A stretch of 64,000 bases of DNA from Xanthobacteraceae bacterium (GCA_036513175.1 DATBZM010000388.1:2069-66068), one strand, 5' to 3'; shown: positions 27,531 through 37,770, counted from the first letter of the stretch. Made by a program: numbers and translations. Notes: generated from the sequence alone by a model not told the origin.

Positions 27531-30383
27531 TCAGAACGCCATGCGCGCGGTCGCCCTCAGCGTGTGCGTCAGTGGGCTATCGGTGCCGATGGTGGCGCCG
27601 TATTCGAAATCGAGCGAAGCCACGCCGCTGTCGCGCGCCCGCACGCCGACCGCGGTCGTAAACAGGTCATGGCTCGCGGCGCTCTGGATCAGGCCATAGG
27701 TGATCCCCGGGCCGATATCCGTGTAGTACATCGGCTGGTTGACGCCGCCGTCGAGCTCGCGCCGGTATTCGGTGCGCAGCGTCGGTGTGAGCATGCCCCA
27801 CGCTGTCGCGATGTCGTAGAAGGTGCGCACGCCGAGCACCGCCGACGTCGTGTTGAAGCTGGTCGTGGCGAAGGTGAGCCCCTGGTTGGTCGGCCCCTGC
27901 TCCGAATAGGCGCCGAGGCTCGCGGTCATGAACTCGGCGCGCAGGTAGGGCATGAACTTCCATGGATCGAGCTTGATCTCGGTGCTGATGCCGAGCGAGC
28001 CGAACCAGGTGCCGCCGGTGCGGTCGCCGGTGACCGACGTGCTGTCGATCGTGACGAAACGCTGGTTGTTGAAGTCGAGGTAGCCGTAGCCGATGAGGCC
28101 GTCGACGAACCACGCGCGGACCGGCTGGTAGCTTGCATAGACGGTGCCGCTCAGGCTGCGGCTGCTGCTGCTCGTCCCGACGGTGCCGATGTCGGTGTGA
28201 TCGGTTCCGTAGCCGAACGCGCCGCCGACGATGAGCTGGTCGAGCAGGCGCACGTCGACGCCCGCCGTCACACCGGCGGTGGAAAAGCGGTTATCGACCG
28301 AAAGGCCGTTGATGCTGCTCGTGCCGAGCTGGATCGAACCGCCCGCCCAGATCGCGAAGACCGGCGCCCACCAGCGGTCCTTCGTGCATTGCTCGGGCGG
28401 CATGCGCGCCGCCGTCTCGGCAGGCGGCCCGGGCGTCGCGGCATTCGGGCCGAGCTGCTCGACTAGCGGGCGCGTCGCCGCGGTCGACAGGTTGATGTCC
28501 ATGTTGACCGCGCAGGGATCGAAGTCATCGTGCAGCCCTTCGAGATGCTGCATGACGTTGCCGATCTGCGCGCCGGCGAAGCGCCTTGCCGCGGCCGCCT
28601 GCGCGGCGACGAGGCCCTGCACGTCGGGATCGAGGCTCGGGTCGGGCCGCGCGGTCCCGACCGTGTAGCTGCGGCTGCCGAAATTGCCGGTGCTGTCGCG
28701 CGCCAGGATCGTGAAGCTGAAGCTTCCGAGCGCGCTAGGTGTGCCCGCGATCTGTCCGGTGTTGGGGTTGAGCGAGAGGCCGGGCGGCAGCGCGCCTGAC
28801 GATACCGTGTAGATGTAGGGGCTGTTGCCACCGGTCGCCGCTACCGTCTGCCGGTACGCAACGCCCTGCGGGGCGGGCGGCAAGCTCGTCGGATTGATGG
28901 TCAGCGAATTGGTGCCGATAATGATCGCATAGGAGCGGCTCCCCGTATTGCCGTTGCTGTCGCGCGCCTGCGCGGTGAACAGCGATTGACCGGCGCCGCT
29001 CGGCGTGCCGGTGATCGCGCCGGTCGCCGCATTGAGCGAAAGACCCGCCGGCAACGTGCCGGTCGTGACCGTATACGTATAGGGGCCGGTGCCGCCCGTT
29101 CCGACTACCGTCTGGTTATAGGCCGTCCCCAGCGAGCCGCTCGGCAGGGCCGCCGGATTGACGGTCAGCGAGTTGGTGCCGACGTTCATCGCATAGGCGC
29201 GGCTGCCGGTGTTGCCTTTGCTGTCGAGCACTGAAATCGTGAACGTCGCTGGTCCGCTGCCGGTCGGCACGCCCGTGATGGCGCCGGTCGACGGGTTGAG
29301 CGCGAGGCCCGCCGGCAGCGCGCCGGTCGAGACCGAGAACGTATAGGGCCCGGTGCCGCCGACCGCGCTGACGGTCTGGTTATAGGCAACGTTCTGCGTG
29401 CTGGCCGGCAGGCTCGCCGGATTCACCGTGAGCGAACTGGTGCCGATGTTTACCGAATAGGCTTGGCTGCCGGTGTTGCCCTGCGTGTCGGTTGCCAGGA
29501 TCGTGAAGTTGAACAGGCCGCCCGCCGTCGGTGTGCCGCTGATCGCACCGGTCGACGGATTGAGCGAGAGCCCCGTCGGCAGCGCGCCGCTGCTGACCGA
29601 GTATGTGTACGGACTGTTGCCGCCGGAGGCCGCGACGGTGTGGCTGTAGGGGACGCTCTGCGTGCCGGCCGGCAGGCTCGCGGGACTGATCGTCAGGATA
29701 TTCGTTCCGACACTGACAGAGTACGCTTGCGTCCCCGTGTTGCCGAACTGGTCGCTCGCCTGGATCGTGAAATTGTAGTTCCCGCCCGTGGTTGGCGTGC
29801 CGGTGATTGCGCCCGTCGCCGAGTTAAGCGAAAGGCCCGTCGGCAACGCGCCCAAGAGGACGATGTAGGTGTAAGGCCCGGTGCCGCCGCTCGCCGTGAC
29901 CGTCTGGTTGTAGGCGACGTTCTGGCTCGCCGGCGGAAGGCTCGCCGGGCTGATGACGAGCGGCGGCGGCGCGATGATCAGCGTATAGGGCTGTGAGCCA
30001 GAACTGGTATCGCCCGACGTCGCCGTGATCGTGAAAGTGTAGGTGCCGGCAGCCGTGGGCGTGCCCGACAGCGGCACGCCGCCAGCCGTCGGGCCGGCCC
30101 CGAGCGACAAACCAGGCGGCAATGACCCTGATGTCACCGCGTAAGTGAATACGTCGTCCGAATCGGTGCTGCTTGGGTTTTGATCCTCGTTGTCACCGTC
30201 ATTCGCAAGGATCGGCTGATTGTAGAACTGTCCTTGCACGCCGGAGGGCAGCCCCGAGGGCGACAGCGTGATGGTCTCCAGGGCCTGCGCGCGAGAACCC
30301 GCGATGATCGCTGCAAGCACGAATGCGAATGCGGCAAGACGCCCCATGCGGCCGCGAGCAATCGATCTTGCTTGAAAAAGCAT
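27531..30383 (-). CDS. autotransporter adhesin with six Ig-like (He_PIG/cadherin-like) passenger repeats and a C-terminal beta-barrel
   Basis: Signal peptide ...AGSRAQA/LE. Six repeats of the pattern SLP..TQ.V.Y..TV.A.GG..PYTYSV..GALP.GLSLN..TGAI.GTP. The last ~290 aa have the alternating aromatic pattern of an autotransporter barrel and end in ...ATARMAF. Confidence 0.85.
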   Translation of the reverse strand: MLFQARSIARGRMGRLAAFAFVLAAIIAGSRAQALETITLSPSGLPSGVQGQFYNQPILANDGDNEDQNPSSTDSDDVFTYAVTSGSLPPGLSLGAGPTAGGVPLSGTPTAAGTYTFTITATSGDTSSGSQPYTLIIAPPPLVISPASLPPASQNVAYNQTVTASGGTGPYTYIVLLGALPTGLSLNSATGAITGTPTTGGNYNFTIQASDQFGNTGTQAYSVSVGTNILTISPASLPAGTQSVPYSHTVAASGGNSPYTYSVSSGALPTGLSLNPSTGAISGTPTAGGLFNFTILATDTQGNTGSQAYSVNIGTSSLTVNPASLPASTQNVAYNQTVSAVGGTGPYTFSVSTGALPAGLALNPSTGAITGVPTGSGPATFTISVLDSKGNTGSRAYAMNVGTNSLTVNPAALPSGSLGTAYNQTVVGTGGTGPYTYTVTTGTLPAGLSLNAATGAITGTPSGAGQSLFTAQARDSNGNTGSRSYAIIIGTNSLTINPTSLPPAPQGVAYRQTVAATGGNSPYIYTVSSGALPPGLSLNPNTGQIAGTPSALGSFSFTILARDSTGNFGSRSYTVGTARPDPSLDPDVQGLVAAQAAAARRFAGAQIGNVMQHLEGLHDDFDPCAVNMDINLSTAATRPLVEQLGPNAATPGPPAETAARMPPEQCTKDRWWAPVFAIWAGGSIQLGTSSINGLSVDNRFSTAGVTAGVDVRLLDQLIVGGAFGYGTDHTDIGTVGTSSSSRSLSGTVYASYQPVRAWFVDGLIGYGYLDFNNQRFVTIDSTSVTGDRTGGTWFGSLGISTEIKLDPWKFMPYLRAEFMTASLGAYSEQGPTNQGLTFATTSFNTTSAVLGVRTFYDIATAWGMLTPTLRTEYRRELDGGVNQPMYYTDIGPGITYGLIQSAASHDLFTTAVGVRARDSGVASLDFEYGATIGTDSPLTHTLRATARMAF
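28653..30272 (-). repeat. intragenic tandem repeats, five 264-bp (88-aa) units plus one divergent longer unit
   Basis: Residues 38-577 of the autotransporter. Units begin at residues 38, 144, 232, 320, 408 and 496. Nucleotide similarity between units is visible but diverged. Confidence 0.8.
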
Positions 30384-30421
30384 TTGGCAGGACCGCCGAA
30401 ATCGAAATGACGATGGCGGTG

Positions 30422-30442
30422 ATGGTTACGGAATATGGTTAA
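30422..30442 (-). promoter_or_regulatory. CtrA-box-like TTAACCAT plus second TAACCAT half-site upstream of the autotransporter
   Basis: The minus strand reads TTAACCATATTCCGTAACCAT, 39-59 nt upstream of the ATG at 30383. Confidence 0.35.
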
Positions 30443-30693
30443 GAGGCGGTAAAATCCTCTGGCGGGAACCTGCAAGCCGATCGCGCCGTCACACGCTTAG
30501 TATCTGACAGACAAGGCGGATTGCCGCTCTACCCGGCGCCATGCGATGGTCCTGACGTGCGTCGGGATCGGGGCGACATGGTAACCAATAAGGCGAATCG
30601 AAAATGAAGTTGGCGATCATTCACGCCGTCTTGGCGAGCAAGGCCCCCGTTAGCGTTTGCGCCGCCGCACCATTGACCTGAGGACCGCGCGCC

Positions 30694-32073
30694 ATGCACT
30701 CCATTTTCGCCGCGCCGGGCACCGCCGCCGTTCCTATTCACTGTGTCACCGCCGCGACCTGGCCGGCGGTGCGCACCGGACTTGATGCGGCGGCGCGCAC
30801 CTTCGCGGATGCGGCCGGCTTCGCGCCGAGGTCCGGCAGCCATCTGTTGCTGCCGGCACCCGATGGCAGCCTGTCCGCCGTGCTGTTCGGGCTCGATGCG
30901 GAGGATAAGCCTTCGCACGATCCGTTCACGGCGGGGCGGCTGCCCGGCCTGATTCCGAACGGCTCGTATCGTCTTGTTGATGCACCCGGCGATGCGCGTC
31001 TCGCGGCGCTCGCCTTCGCGCTCGGCACCTATCAATTCACGCGCTACCGCAAGCGCGATGCCAAGGACGTTCGCCTGGAAATTCCGCAAAGCGTCGACGG
31101 CGAGGATCTCTCGCGCATCGTTGCCGCGGTCTTCCTCGCGCGCGACCTCATCAACACGCCGGCGAACGACATGAGTCCGGCCGAGCTGGAGGCCGCGGCG
31201 CGGCAGGTGGCCGAGCAGCACGGCGCCGCGATCCGTTCGGTGATCGGCGACGACCTCGTGACGCAGAATTTTCCGCTCATCCACGCGGTCGGTCGCGCCG
31301 CCAAGAGCGCGCCGCGCTTGATCGACATGCGTTGGGGCGATGCGGACGCGCCGAAGGTGACGCTGGTCGGCAAGGGTGTGTGCTTCGACACCGGCGGGCT
31401 CGACATCAAGCCCGACAGCGCCATGCTGCTGATGAAGAAGGATATGGGCGGCGCAGCGAGCGTGCTCGCGCTGGCGGCGATGATCATGGCGCGCCGCCTC
31501 AAGCTGCGCCTGCGCGTATTGATCCCGGCCGTCGAGAACTCGATTTCCGGCGATGCATTCCGTCCGCGCGACGTCTATCGCTCGCGCATGGGACTGACCG
31601 TCGAGGTCGGTAATACGGATGCGGAAGGCCGCCTCATCCTTGCCGACGCGTTGGCGCTAGCCGACGAGGAGGCACCCGATCTCCTGGTCGACATGGGTAC
31701 GCTGACCGGCGCCGCGCGGGTCGCGCTCGGGCCCGACGTGCCGCCGTTCTACACGCACGACGAGGAGCTGGCCGGTGCGATCGCGTACAACGCCCGCGCC
31801 GAAAACGACCCGTTGTGGCGGCTGCCGCTGTGGCCTGGCTATGACGCGATGCTCGACTCCAAGGTCGCGGATTTGAGCAATATCGGCACCGGCGGTTTTG
31901 CGGGTTCGATCGTCTGCGCGCTGTTTCTCAACCGCTTCGTTGCTGCCGCGAAGGCCTGGCTGCATGTCGACATCTACGCCTGGACCCCGTCCGCCAAGCC
32001 GGGCCGGCCCGAGGGTGGCGAGTGCCAGGCGGCGCGCGCGGTCTATTCCTATCTCGCGGGACGCTACGGCTAG
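30694..32073 (+). CDS. M17 leucyl aminopeptidase family protein
   Basis: KKDMGGAA and the NTDAEGRLILADAL metal-site motifs; 459 aa. Confidence 0.85.
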   Translation: MHSIFAAPGTAAVPIHCVTAATWPAVRTGLDAAARTFADAAGFAPRSGSHLLLPAPDGSLSAVLFGLDAEDKPSHDPFTAGRLPGLIPNGSYRLVDAPGDARLAALAFALGTYQFTRYRKRDAKDVRLEIPQSVDGEDLSRIVAAVFLARDLINTPANDMSPAELEAAARQVAEQHGAAIRSVIGDDLVTQNFPLIHAVGRAAKSAPRLIDMRWGDADAPKVTLVGKGVCFDTGGLDIKPDSAMLLMKKDMGGAASVLALAAMIMARRLKLRLRVLIPAVENSISGDAFRPRDVYRSRMGLTVEVGNTDAEGRLILADALALADEEAPDLLVDMGTLTGAARVALGPDVPPFYTHDEELAGAIAYNARAENDPLWRLPLWPGYDAMLDSKVADLSNIGTGGFAGSIVCALFLNRFVAAAKAWLHVDIYAWTPSAKPGRPEGGECQAARAVYSYLAGRYG

Positions 32074-32076
32074 GGC

Positions 32077-32955
32077 ATGAGCGCGCAAGCAAGCGTCGCG
32101 TTCGATCCGCGCGTGACGCCGGCGCGCCCCGACCTTGCGGCCGCGCATCTGCGAGGCAGGGTCGAGGCCGCGCGCTTCGTCGAAGGGGTCGAGCGCGAGG
32201 TGCGCGATGAGAGCGCGCCGCTGCGCCGCGAGCCCGCGCCCGATGCGCCGCTCGACACCGAAGCGCTCAAAGGTGAGCGCGTCACGGTCTATGAGACAAA
32301 CGAGGAAGGCTGGAGCTGGGGCCAGCTTGCGGCCGACGGCTATGTCGGGTGGTTGCCGGCCAATGCGCTCGGCCCGCCCGGTCCGCCCGCCACCCATTGG
32401 GTCTGCGCCCTGCGCACGCTGGCGTTTCCCGGCCGCTCCATCAAGCTGCCGCCGGTCGCGGCTTTCTCGCTCGGCTGCCGGCTGGCGGTGATGCGGGGCG
32501 AGGGCCCGTTGGCCGTGACGCCGTCGGGCCATGTACCGGCGCGGCATCTGGCGCCGATCGGCGCGGCCGAGCCCGACTTCGTGGCGGTGGCCGAGCGCTT
32601 CGCCGGCGTGCCCTATCTATGGGGCGGCAAGTCCAGCCTCGGCGTCGACTGCTCTGGTCTCGTCCAGGTCGCGTTGACGGCCGCCGGCATCGCCTGCCCG
32701 CGCGACAGCGACATGCAGGAGCGCGCACTCGGCGCAGCAATGGCGGCCGACCTTGGCGATCTGCGGCGCGGCGATCTCGTCTTCTGGAAGGGCCATGTCG
32801 CGATCGTGCGCGACGCAGCGACGCTGGTGCACGCCAACGCGCATCACATGGCGGTCGCCGTCGAGCCGATCGCCGCGGCGGTGCAGCGCATCGCGGCCGG
32901 CGGCGGCGCCGTCACGGCGGTCAAGCGGATGCCGCGGGCTGCGGCGACGCCGTGA
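32077..32955 (+). CDS. NlpC/P60 (C40) peptidase with N-terminal SH3-like region
   Basis: Catalytic Cys context GVDCSGLVQ and His context WKGHVAIV; 292 aa. Confidence 0.85.
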   Translation: MSAQASVAFDPRVTPARPDLAAAHLRGRVEAARFVEGVEREVRDESAPLRREPAPDAPLDTEALKGERVTVYETNEEGWSWGQLAADGYVGWLPANALGPPGPPATHWVCALRTLAFPGRSIKLPPVAAFSLGCRLAVMRGEGPLAVTPSGHVPARHLAPIGAAEPDFVAVAERFAGVPYLWGGKSSLGVDCSGLVQVALTAAGIACPRDSDMQERALGAAMAADLGDLRRGDLVFWKGHVAIVRDAATLVHANAHHMAVAVEPIAAAVQRIAAGGGAVTAVKRMPRAAATP

Positions 32956-32988
32956 TGCCGCTCGACTTCAAGTCGACCGAGCCATAGG

Positions 32989-33306
32989 ATGCCGGCGGCC
33001 GACGCCTCGGTGGAGGTTCCCATGCTGCGTGCTCGATCGGCATTTGCGTCCGGCATCCTTGCTGGGCTCGCGCTCCCGGGAGCGTCCGGCTGGGCCGTCG
33101 CGCAAACCGGCTGCCAACCTACAATCATGCAACCATGCACCAACGCGCCGGCCCGACCGGCCAATCCGGCGCCGGGCCAGAAGAGGTCGACGCAGGCGGA
33201 CGACGACAGCAACGAGCCCAAGGACCACTCGCCGCGCATCCCGCTCGACAAGGACACCACATTCCAATTCGGCACCGGCGGCATCGGCCTCGGGCGGAAG
33301 TTCTGA
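32989..33306 (+). CDS. hypothetical small secreted protein
   Basis: Signal-like MLRARSAFASGILAGLALPGASGWAVA (internal Met at 33022), then a low-complexity P/A/D-rich tail. No recognisable domain. Confidence 0.4.
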   Translation: MPAADASVEVPMLRARSAFASGILAGLALPGASGWAVAQTGCQPTIMQPCTNAPARPANPAPGQKRSTQADDDSNEPKDHSPRIPLDKDTTFQFGTGGIGLGRKF

Positions 33307-33321
33307 GGACTCGGCTTCGGC

Positions 33322-34269
33322 TCAATAGCCGCCGGCGCGATCGATCACGTTCTCGAGCGATTGCCCGATTTCGGACCGCTCGATCTGCTTCACGACGTAG
33401 GCGACGACTTCCTCGGGCACCGAAGCAGCAGAGTTGTGCGGCGTGATCGTCACCTTCGGATGCAGCCATAAGGGGCTCGCGGCCGGCAGCGGCTCGGTCG
33501 GGAAGACGTCGAGGGTTGCGCCCGCGAGCGCGCCTTCATCGAGCGCCGTGAGGATGTCGGCGTCGACCTGCAGCATTCCGCGCCCCGCATTGATCAGAAA
33601 GGCGCCACCGAGCGCGCCATCGCGTCTGAGCTTGCGCAAGAGGGCGAGGTTGAGGATGCCCTCGGTGGCCGGCGTATGCGGCAGCAGGCAGACGAGGATT
33701 TCGCTGCGCGCGAGAAACGCATCGAGCCCGGCGGCGTCATGAAAGCATTCGACGCCCGGCAGCGTGTGCGGTGTGCGGCTCCAGCCGGCGACGCGGAAGC
33801 CGAGCCGCATCAGCACCTCGGCGACGTCACGGCCGAGCACCCCGAGCCCCATGATGCCCACATGCACTTCATGCGCGGCCGGCTGCGCATGCTCGCGCCA
33901 GACGCGCTCGCGCTGCTGCGCGTCGTAGAGCCGCTGACGGCGGTGATGCATGAGCACGTGCAGCGTCACGTATTCGGTCATGCGCCGCGTCAGATTCGGA
34001 TCGATCACGCGCACCACCGGAACTAGCGGCAGCTCACCATCCTTGAGCAGTGCATCGACGCCGGCGCCCAGGCTGAAGATCGCGCGCAAATTCTTGAACG
34101 GCGAGAATGCGCCGCGCGGCGGCAGCCAGGCGGCCGCATAGGCGACGTCGGCCGGATTGCCGACGCGGTCAGGCCACAGCCGGATGTCGCGGCCGGGCGC
34201 GGCGGCGCGGAAGCGCTGCTCCCACGGCGCCGGATCCCAGCCGGTGATGACCAGCAGCAGCGCGCTCAT
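33322..34269 (-). CDS. ghrA: glyoxylate/hydroxypyruvate reductase A (D-2-hydroxyacid dehydrogenase family)
   Basis: Start at ATG 34269 (MSALLLV...) within ORF 33322..34578. Collinear with E. coli GhrA as I remember it: GxGxLG NAD motif IMGLGVLGRDVA, PLW.HP.VTITPH, C-terminal IDRAGGY. Confidence 0.8.
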   Translation of the reverse strand: MSALLLVITGWDPAPWEQRFRAAAPGRDIRLWPDRVGNPADVAYAAAWLPPRGAFSPFKNLRAIFSLGAGVDALLKDGELPLVPVVRVIDPNLTRRMTEYVTLHVLMHHRRQRLYDAQQRERVWREHAQPAAHEVHVGIMGLGVLGRDVAEVLMRLGFRVAGWSRTPHTLPGVECFHDAAGLDAFLARSEILVCLLPHTPATEGILNLALLRKLRRDGALGGAFLINAGRGMLQVDADILTALDEGALAGATLDVFPTEPLPAASPLWLHPKVTITPHNSAASVPEEVVAYVVKQIERSEIGQSLENVIDRAGGY

Positions 34270-34913
34270 CGCGCGGCCGCGGGGCCGGCGACGATCGCAT
34301 CGAGACGGCCGCGATTGAGCGCGAGCCATTGCAGCGCGAGGATGAGAAAGCCGTTGCGCACACCCCTTCGTTCGAGTGCTGCGAGCGCAATGTCGATCGG
34401 AACGCGCACAGGCCGCGTCGCCTCGTTCTCGTCGGCGGCGCCGGCGCGCGCCGGAACGCGCGTCGCGTCGACCAGGCCGAGAAACATGAATCCGTGCTCG
34501 TCGCTCGAGCCCGGCACCGGGATGAAATCGAGCATTTCGTAGAGCGCCGACGGCCGCACCCCGATCTCCTCGACGCATTCGCGCATGCCCGCGTCGGCGG
34601 GCGTCTCGCCCGCCTCGACGTGCCCGGCGACGATCTCGGTGAGCTCGCCCGCGCCGGTCGCGAGATGGGCCGGCAGGCGGAACTGGCGGATGAGAACCAC
34701 CTCGCCGCGCGCAAGATCGATCGGCAGCACGGCCGTCACCTTGCCGACCCGCAGCACGTCGCGCACGCTGTCGATGGTCTGTCCGTCGGGCGTCCGCAAG
34801 TTGAGCCGGAAGCGCTCCAGCCGATGGAAGCCGTCGCCCAGCAGCCTGGGCGGCGACACCGTGGCGTCGGCCGCACTGTCGGCAAGCGCGTCCACCGTCG
34901 CGTGCTCGGTCAT
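34266..34913 (-). CDS. Nudix hydrolase (ADP-ribose pyrophosphatase-like)
   Basis: Start at ATG 34913 (MTEHATV...). Nudix box GHVEAGETPADAGMRECVEEIGV; stop overlaps the ghrA start. Confidence 0.8.
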   Translation of the reverse strand: MTEHATVDALADSAADATVSPPRLLGDGFHRLERFRLNLRTPDGQTIDSVRDVLRVGKVTAVLPIDLARGEVVLIRQFRLPAHLATGAGELTEIVAGHVEAGETPADAGMRECVEEIGVRPSALYEMLDFIPVPGSSDEHGFMFLGLVDATRVPARAGAADENEATRPVRVPIDIALAALERRGVRNGFLILALQWLALNRGRLDAIVAGPAAAR

Positions 34914-34935
34914 CGCAATCGCCCCCGGCTCGATG

Positions 34936-36567
34936 TCATTGGGCGACCACGTCGGCGGCCGCCGTCTCCAGGTTGAAGGCAGCGGCGAACAGCGCACGCG
35001 TGTAATCCGACTTGGGCGCGGCGAAGACCTCGGCCGCCGGTCCCTCCTCGACGACCTTGCCGTGCCGCATCACCATGATCCGGCTCGACAGCGCCGACAC
35101 CACCCTGAGATCGTGCGAGATGAACATGTAGGTGAGGTCGTGCTCGCGCTGCAGCTTGCACAGCAGCGCCACGATCTGCGCCTGGATCAGCATGTCGAGC
35201 GCGCTGGTCGGCTCGTCGAGCACCACGAAGGTCGGCTCGAGCACGATCGCGCGAGCGACCGCGATGCGCTGGCGCTGGCCGCCGGAGAACTCGTGCGGAT
35301 AGCGGAAGCGGGTCGCCGGCTCGAGGCCGACGTCGGTGAGCGCACGGATCACCCGCCGCTCGCGCTCGTCCGCCGGCATCTTCGGATGGTGCACCCACAG
35401 GCCTTCCTCGATGATGTCGCAGACGGACATGCGCGGGGAGAGCGAGCCGTAAGGATCCTGGAACACGATCTGCATGTTGCGGCGGAACGGCCGCATCGCC
35501 TTGAACTTGAGGCCTTGCAGCTGATGGCCCATGAACACCACCGGTCCATTCGACGAGATCAGGCGCAGGATTGCGAGCCCGAGCGTGGTCTTGCCCGAGC
35601 CCGACTCGCCGACCACGCCGAGGGTCTCGCCCTTGCGGAGCTCGATGCTGACGCCGTCGACCGCCTTGATGTGACCGACCACCCGGCGCAGCATCCCGCG
35701 CTTGATCGGAAACCAGACCTTGAGATTGTCGGTGCGCACCACGACCGGGCCGGATGGATTGGGCTGCGCCGGCTCCTTCTTCGGCTCGGCGGCGAGCAAC
35801 TGGCGCGTATAGACGTGCTGCGGCGCCGTGAACACGCGCTCGACCGGCCCGTGCTCGACGATCTTGCCCTGGGTCATCACGTGCACGTGGTCGGCGACGC
35901 GACGCACGATGCCGAGGTCGTGGGTGATGAACAGCATCGCCATGCCGAGCCGTGCCTGCAGATCCTTGAGCAGCTTGAGGATCTGCGCCTGCACCGTGAC
36001 GTCGAGCGCGGTGGTGGGTTCGTCGGCGATGAGCAGGTCGGGCTCGTTGGCGAGCGCGAGCGCGATCATGACGCGCTGACGCTGTCCGCCGGAAAGCTGA
36101 TGCGAGTAGCTGGCGAGCCGGCCATCGGGGTCGGGAATGCCGACCTGCCTCAACAGCTCGATCACGCGCGCACGCGCCGCCCGTCCGGTGATGCCGCGAT
36201 GCACCTCGAGGATCTCGGCGATCTGCTTCTCGATCGTGTGCAGCGGATTGAGCGAGGTCAGCGGCTCCTGGAAGATGATCGAGATGTCGTCGCCGCGCAC
36301 GCGCCGCATCTCGGCTTCCGAGGCCTTGATCAGATCCTTGCCGTCGAACAGGATGCTGCCCGACGAATGATGTGCCTGCGGATAAGGCAGCAGCTTCATC
36401 ACCGCCAGCGCGGCGCAGGATTTTCCCGATCCCGATTCGCCGACGAGCGCGACAGTCTCGCCCTTGCGGATATCGAACGAGATGCGATCGACCGCGACCG
36501 TATCGCGCCCGCCCTGGCGGAAGGCGACCGAAAGGTCGCGGACGGAAAGAAGGGCTGCCTCGCTCAT
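34936..36567 (-). CDS. yejF: peptide ABC transporter, fused double ATPase (YejF-type)
   Basis: Start at ATG 36567 (MSEAALLSV...) within ORF 34936..37389. Two cassettes: Walker A GESGSGKS twice; signatures LSGGQRQR and FSGGQRQR. Confidence 0.9.
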   Translation of the reverse strand: MSEAALLSVRDLSVAFRQGGRDTVAVDRISFDIRKGETVALVGESGSGKSCAALAVMKLLPYPQAHHSSGSILFDGKDLIKASEAEMRRVRGDDISIIFQEPLTSLNPLHTIEKQIAEILEVHRGITGRAARARVIELLRQVGIPDPDGRLASYSHQLSGGQRQRVMIALALANEPDLLIADEPTTALDVTVQAQILKLLKDLQARLGMAMLFITHDLGIVRRVADHVHVMTQGKIVEHGPVERVFTAPQHVYTRQLLAAEPKKEPAQPNPSGPVVVRTDNLKVWFPIKRGMLRRVVGHIKAVDGVSIELRKGETLGVVGESGSGKTTLGLAILRLISSNGPVVFMGHQLQGLKFKAMRPFRRNMQIVFQDPYGSLSPRMSVCDIIEEGLWVHHPKMPADERERRVIRALTDVGLEPATRFRYPHEFSGGQRQRIAVARAIVLEPTFVVLDEPTSALDMLIQAQIVALLCKLQREHDLTYMFISHDLRVVSALSSRIMVMRHGKVVEEGPAAEVFAAPKSDYTRALFAAAFNLETAAADVVAQ

Positions 36568-36572
36568 GGCGA

Positions 36573-37769
36573 TCACCGAAAAGTCTTGCGCGCGTCGAAG
36601 GCGTCGCGCACGCCCTCGCCGATGAAGATCAGCAGCGACAGCATGATGGCGACCGTGAAGAAGCCGGACAGCCCGAGCCACCACGCGTAAGGGTTGGCTT
36701 TCGCTTCGTTGAGCAACTCGCCGAGCGAAGGCTCGCCGGGCGGCAGGCCGAACCCGAGAAAATCGAGAGCGGTCAGCGTCATGACGGCGCCGGACAAGAT
36801 GAACGGCACGAACGTCATGGTGGCCACCATGGCGTTCGGCAGGAGATGCCGGAACATGATCACTGGATTGGAGACGCCGAGCGCGCGCGCCGCCTGGATG
36901 TATTCGAAATTGCGCCCGCGCAGGAATTCGGCGCGTACGAGGCGCACGAGCCCGACCCAGGAAAACAGCAGCAGGATGCCGAGAAGGATGAAGAAGCCCG
37001 GCGTCAGCACGGCCGAGAGGATCAGCAGCAAATAGAGCTCGGGGATCGAGTTCCAGATCTCGATGAAGCGCTGGAACAGGAGGTCGGTCCAGCCGCCGAA
37101 ATAGCCCTGCACGGCGCCCGCGATCACGCCGACCACCGAGGAGAGCACCGTGAGGATGAGCCCGAACAGCACGGAAATGCGGAAGCCGTAGATCAGGCGT
37201 GCGACCACGTCGCGGCCATTCATGTCGGTGCCGAGCCAATTGGGCTCGAGCTTGCCGTCGCATTTGGCAAAGTTTCCCGCGACGGCCTTCTCGCAGTCTT
37301 CCTTGGTCAAGGCCCATGTCGGCTTGGAGGGAAACGCCATCGGCGGATTGTTGACGCGCGTGTCGTAGTGGAAGCGGATCGGCGGCCACAGCATCCAGCC
37401 GTGCTTGGTGATGCGGCTGACCAGCGCCTCATCGTTGCGGTAGTCGGCCGCGGTGCCGAGCGCGTCGGTATCGTCCTTGCCGGCGAAGGTCGTATCCGCA
37501 TAGGTGACGAAGAACGGGAAATACGACTTTCCGTCGTAACGGACATAGATCGGCTGGTCGTTGGCGATGAATTCCGCGAACAGCGAGAGCACGAACAGGA
37601 CGGCGAAGATCCACAACGAGACGTAGCCGCGCCGGTTGCGCTTGAAATTCTCCCAGCGCCGCCGGTTGAGCGGTGAGAGCGCAAAGTGCGGCCGCACCGG
37701 CGCGAGCACCGGCCCGGTCGGCGTGGCGAGCGGGGTCTCGGGGACGCTGTCGGGAACGCAGGTGTCCAT
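36573..37769 (-). CDS. yejE: peptide ABC transporter permease (YejE-type)
   Basis: 398 aa; BPD-type permease with a long periplasmic loop after TM1. Confidence 0.9.
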   Translation of the reverse strand: MDTCVPDSVPETPLATPTGPVLAPVRPHFALSPLNRRRWENFKRNRRGYVSLWIFAVLFVLSLFAEFIANDQPIYVRYDGKSYFPFFVTYADTTFAGKDDTDALGTAADYRNDEALVSRITKHGWMLWPPIRFHYDTRVNNPPMAFPSKPTWALTKEDCEKAVAGNFAKCDGKLEPNWLGTDMNGRDVVARLIYGFRISVLFGLILTVLSSVVGVIAGAVQGYFGGWTDLLFQRFIEIWNSIPELYLLLILSAVLTPGFFILLGILLLFSWVGLVRLVRAEFLRGRNFEYIQAARALGVSNPVIMFRHLLPNAMVATMTFVPFILSGAVMTLTALDFLGFGLPPGEPSLGELLNEAKANPYAWWLGLSGFFTVAIMLSLLIFIGEGVRDAFDARKTFR

Positions 37770-37770
37770 C

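Noticed and set aside
28653-30272. The 264-bp periodic DNA repeats as a non-coding satellite or mobile-element array.
   Set aside because: The periodicity is fully explained by in-frame protein domain repeats inside one long ORF that has a signal peptide and a beta-barrel.
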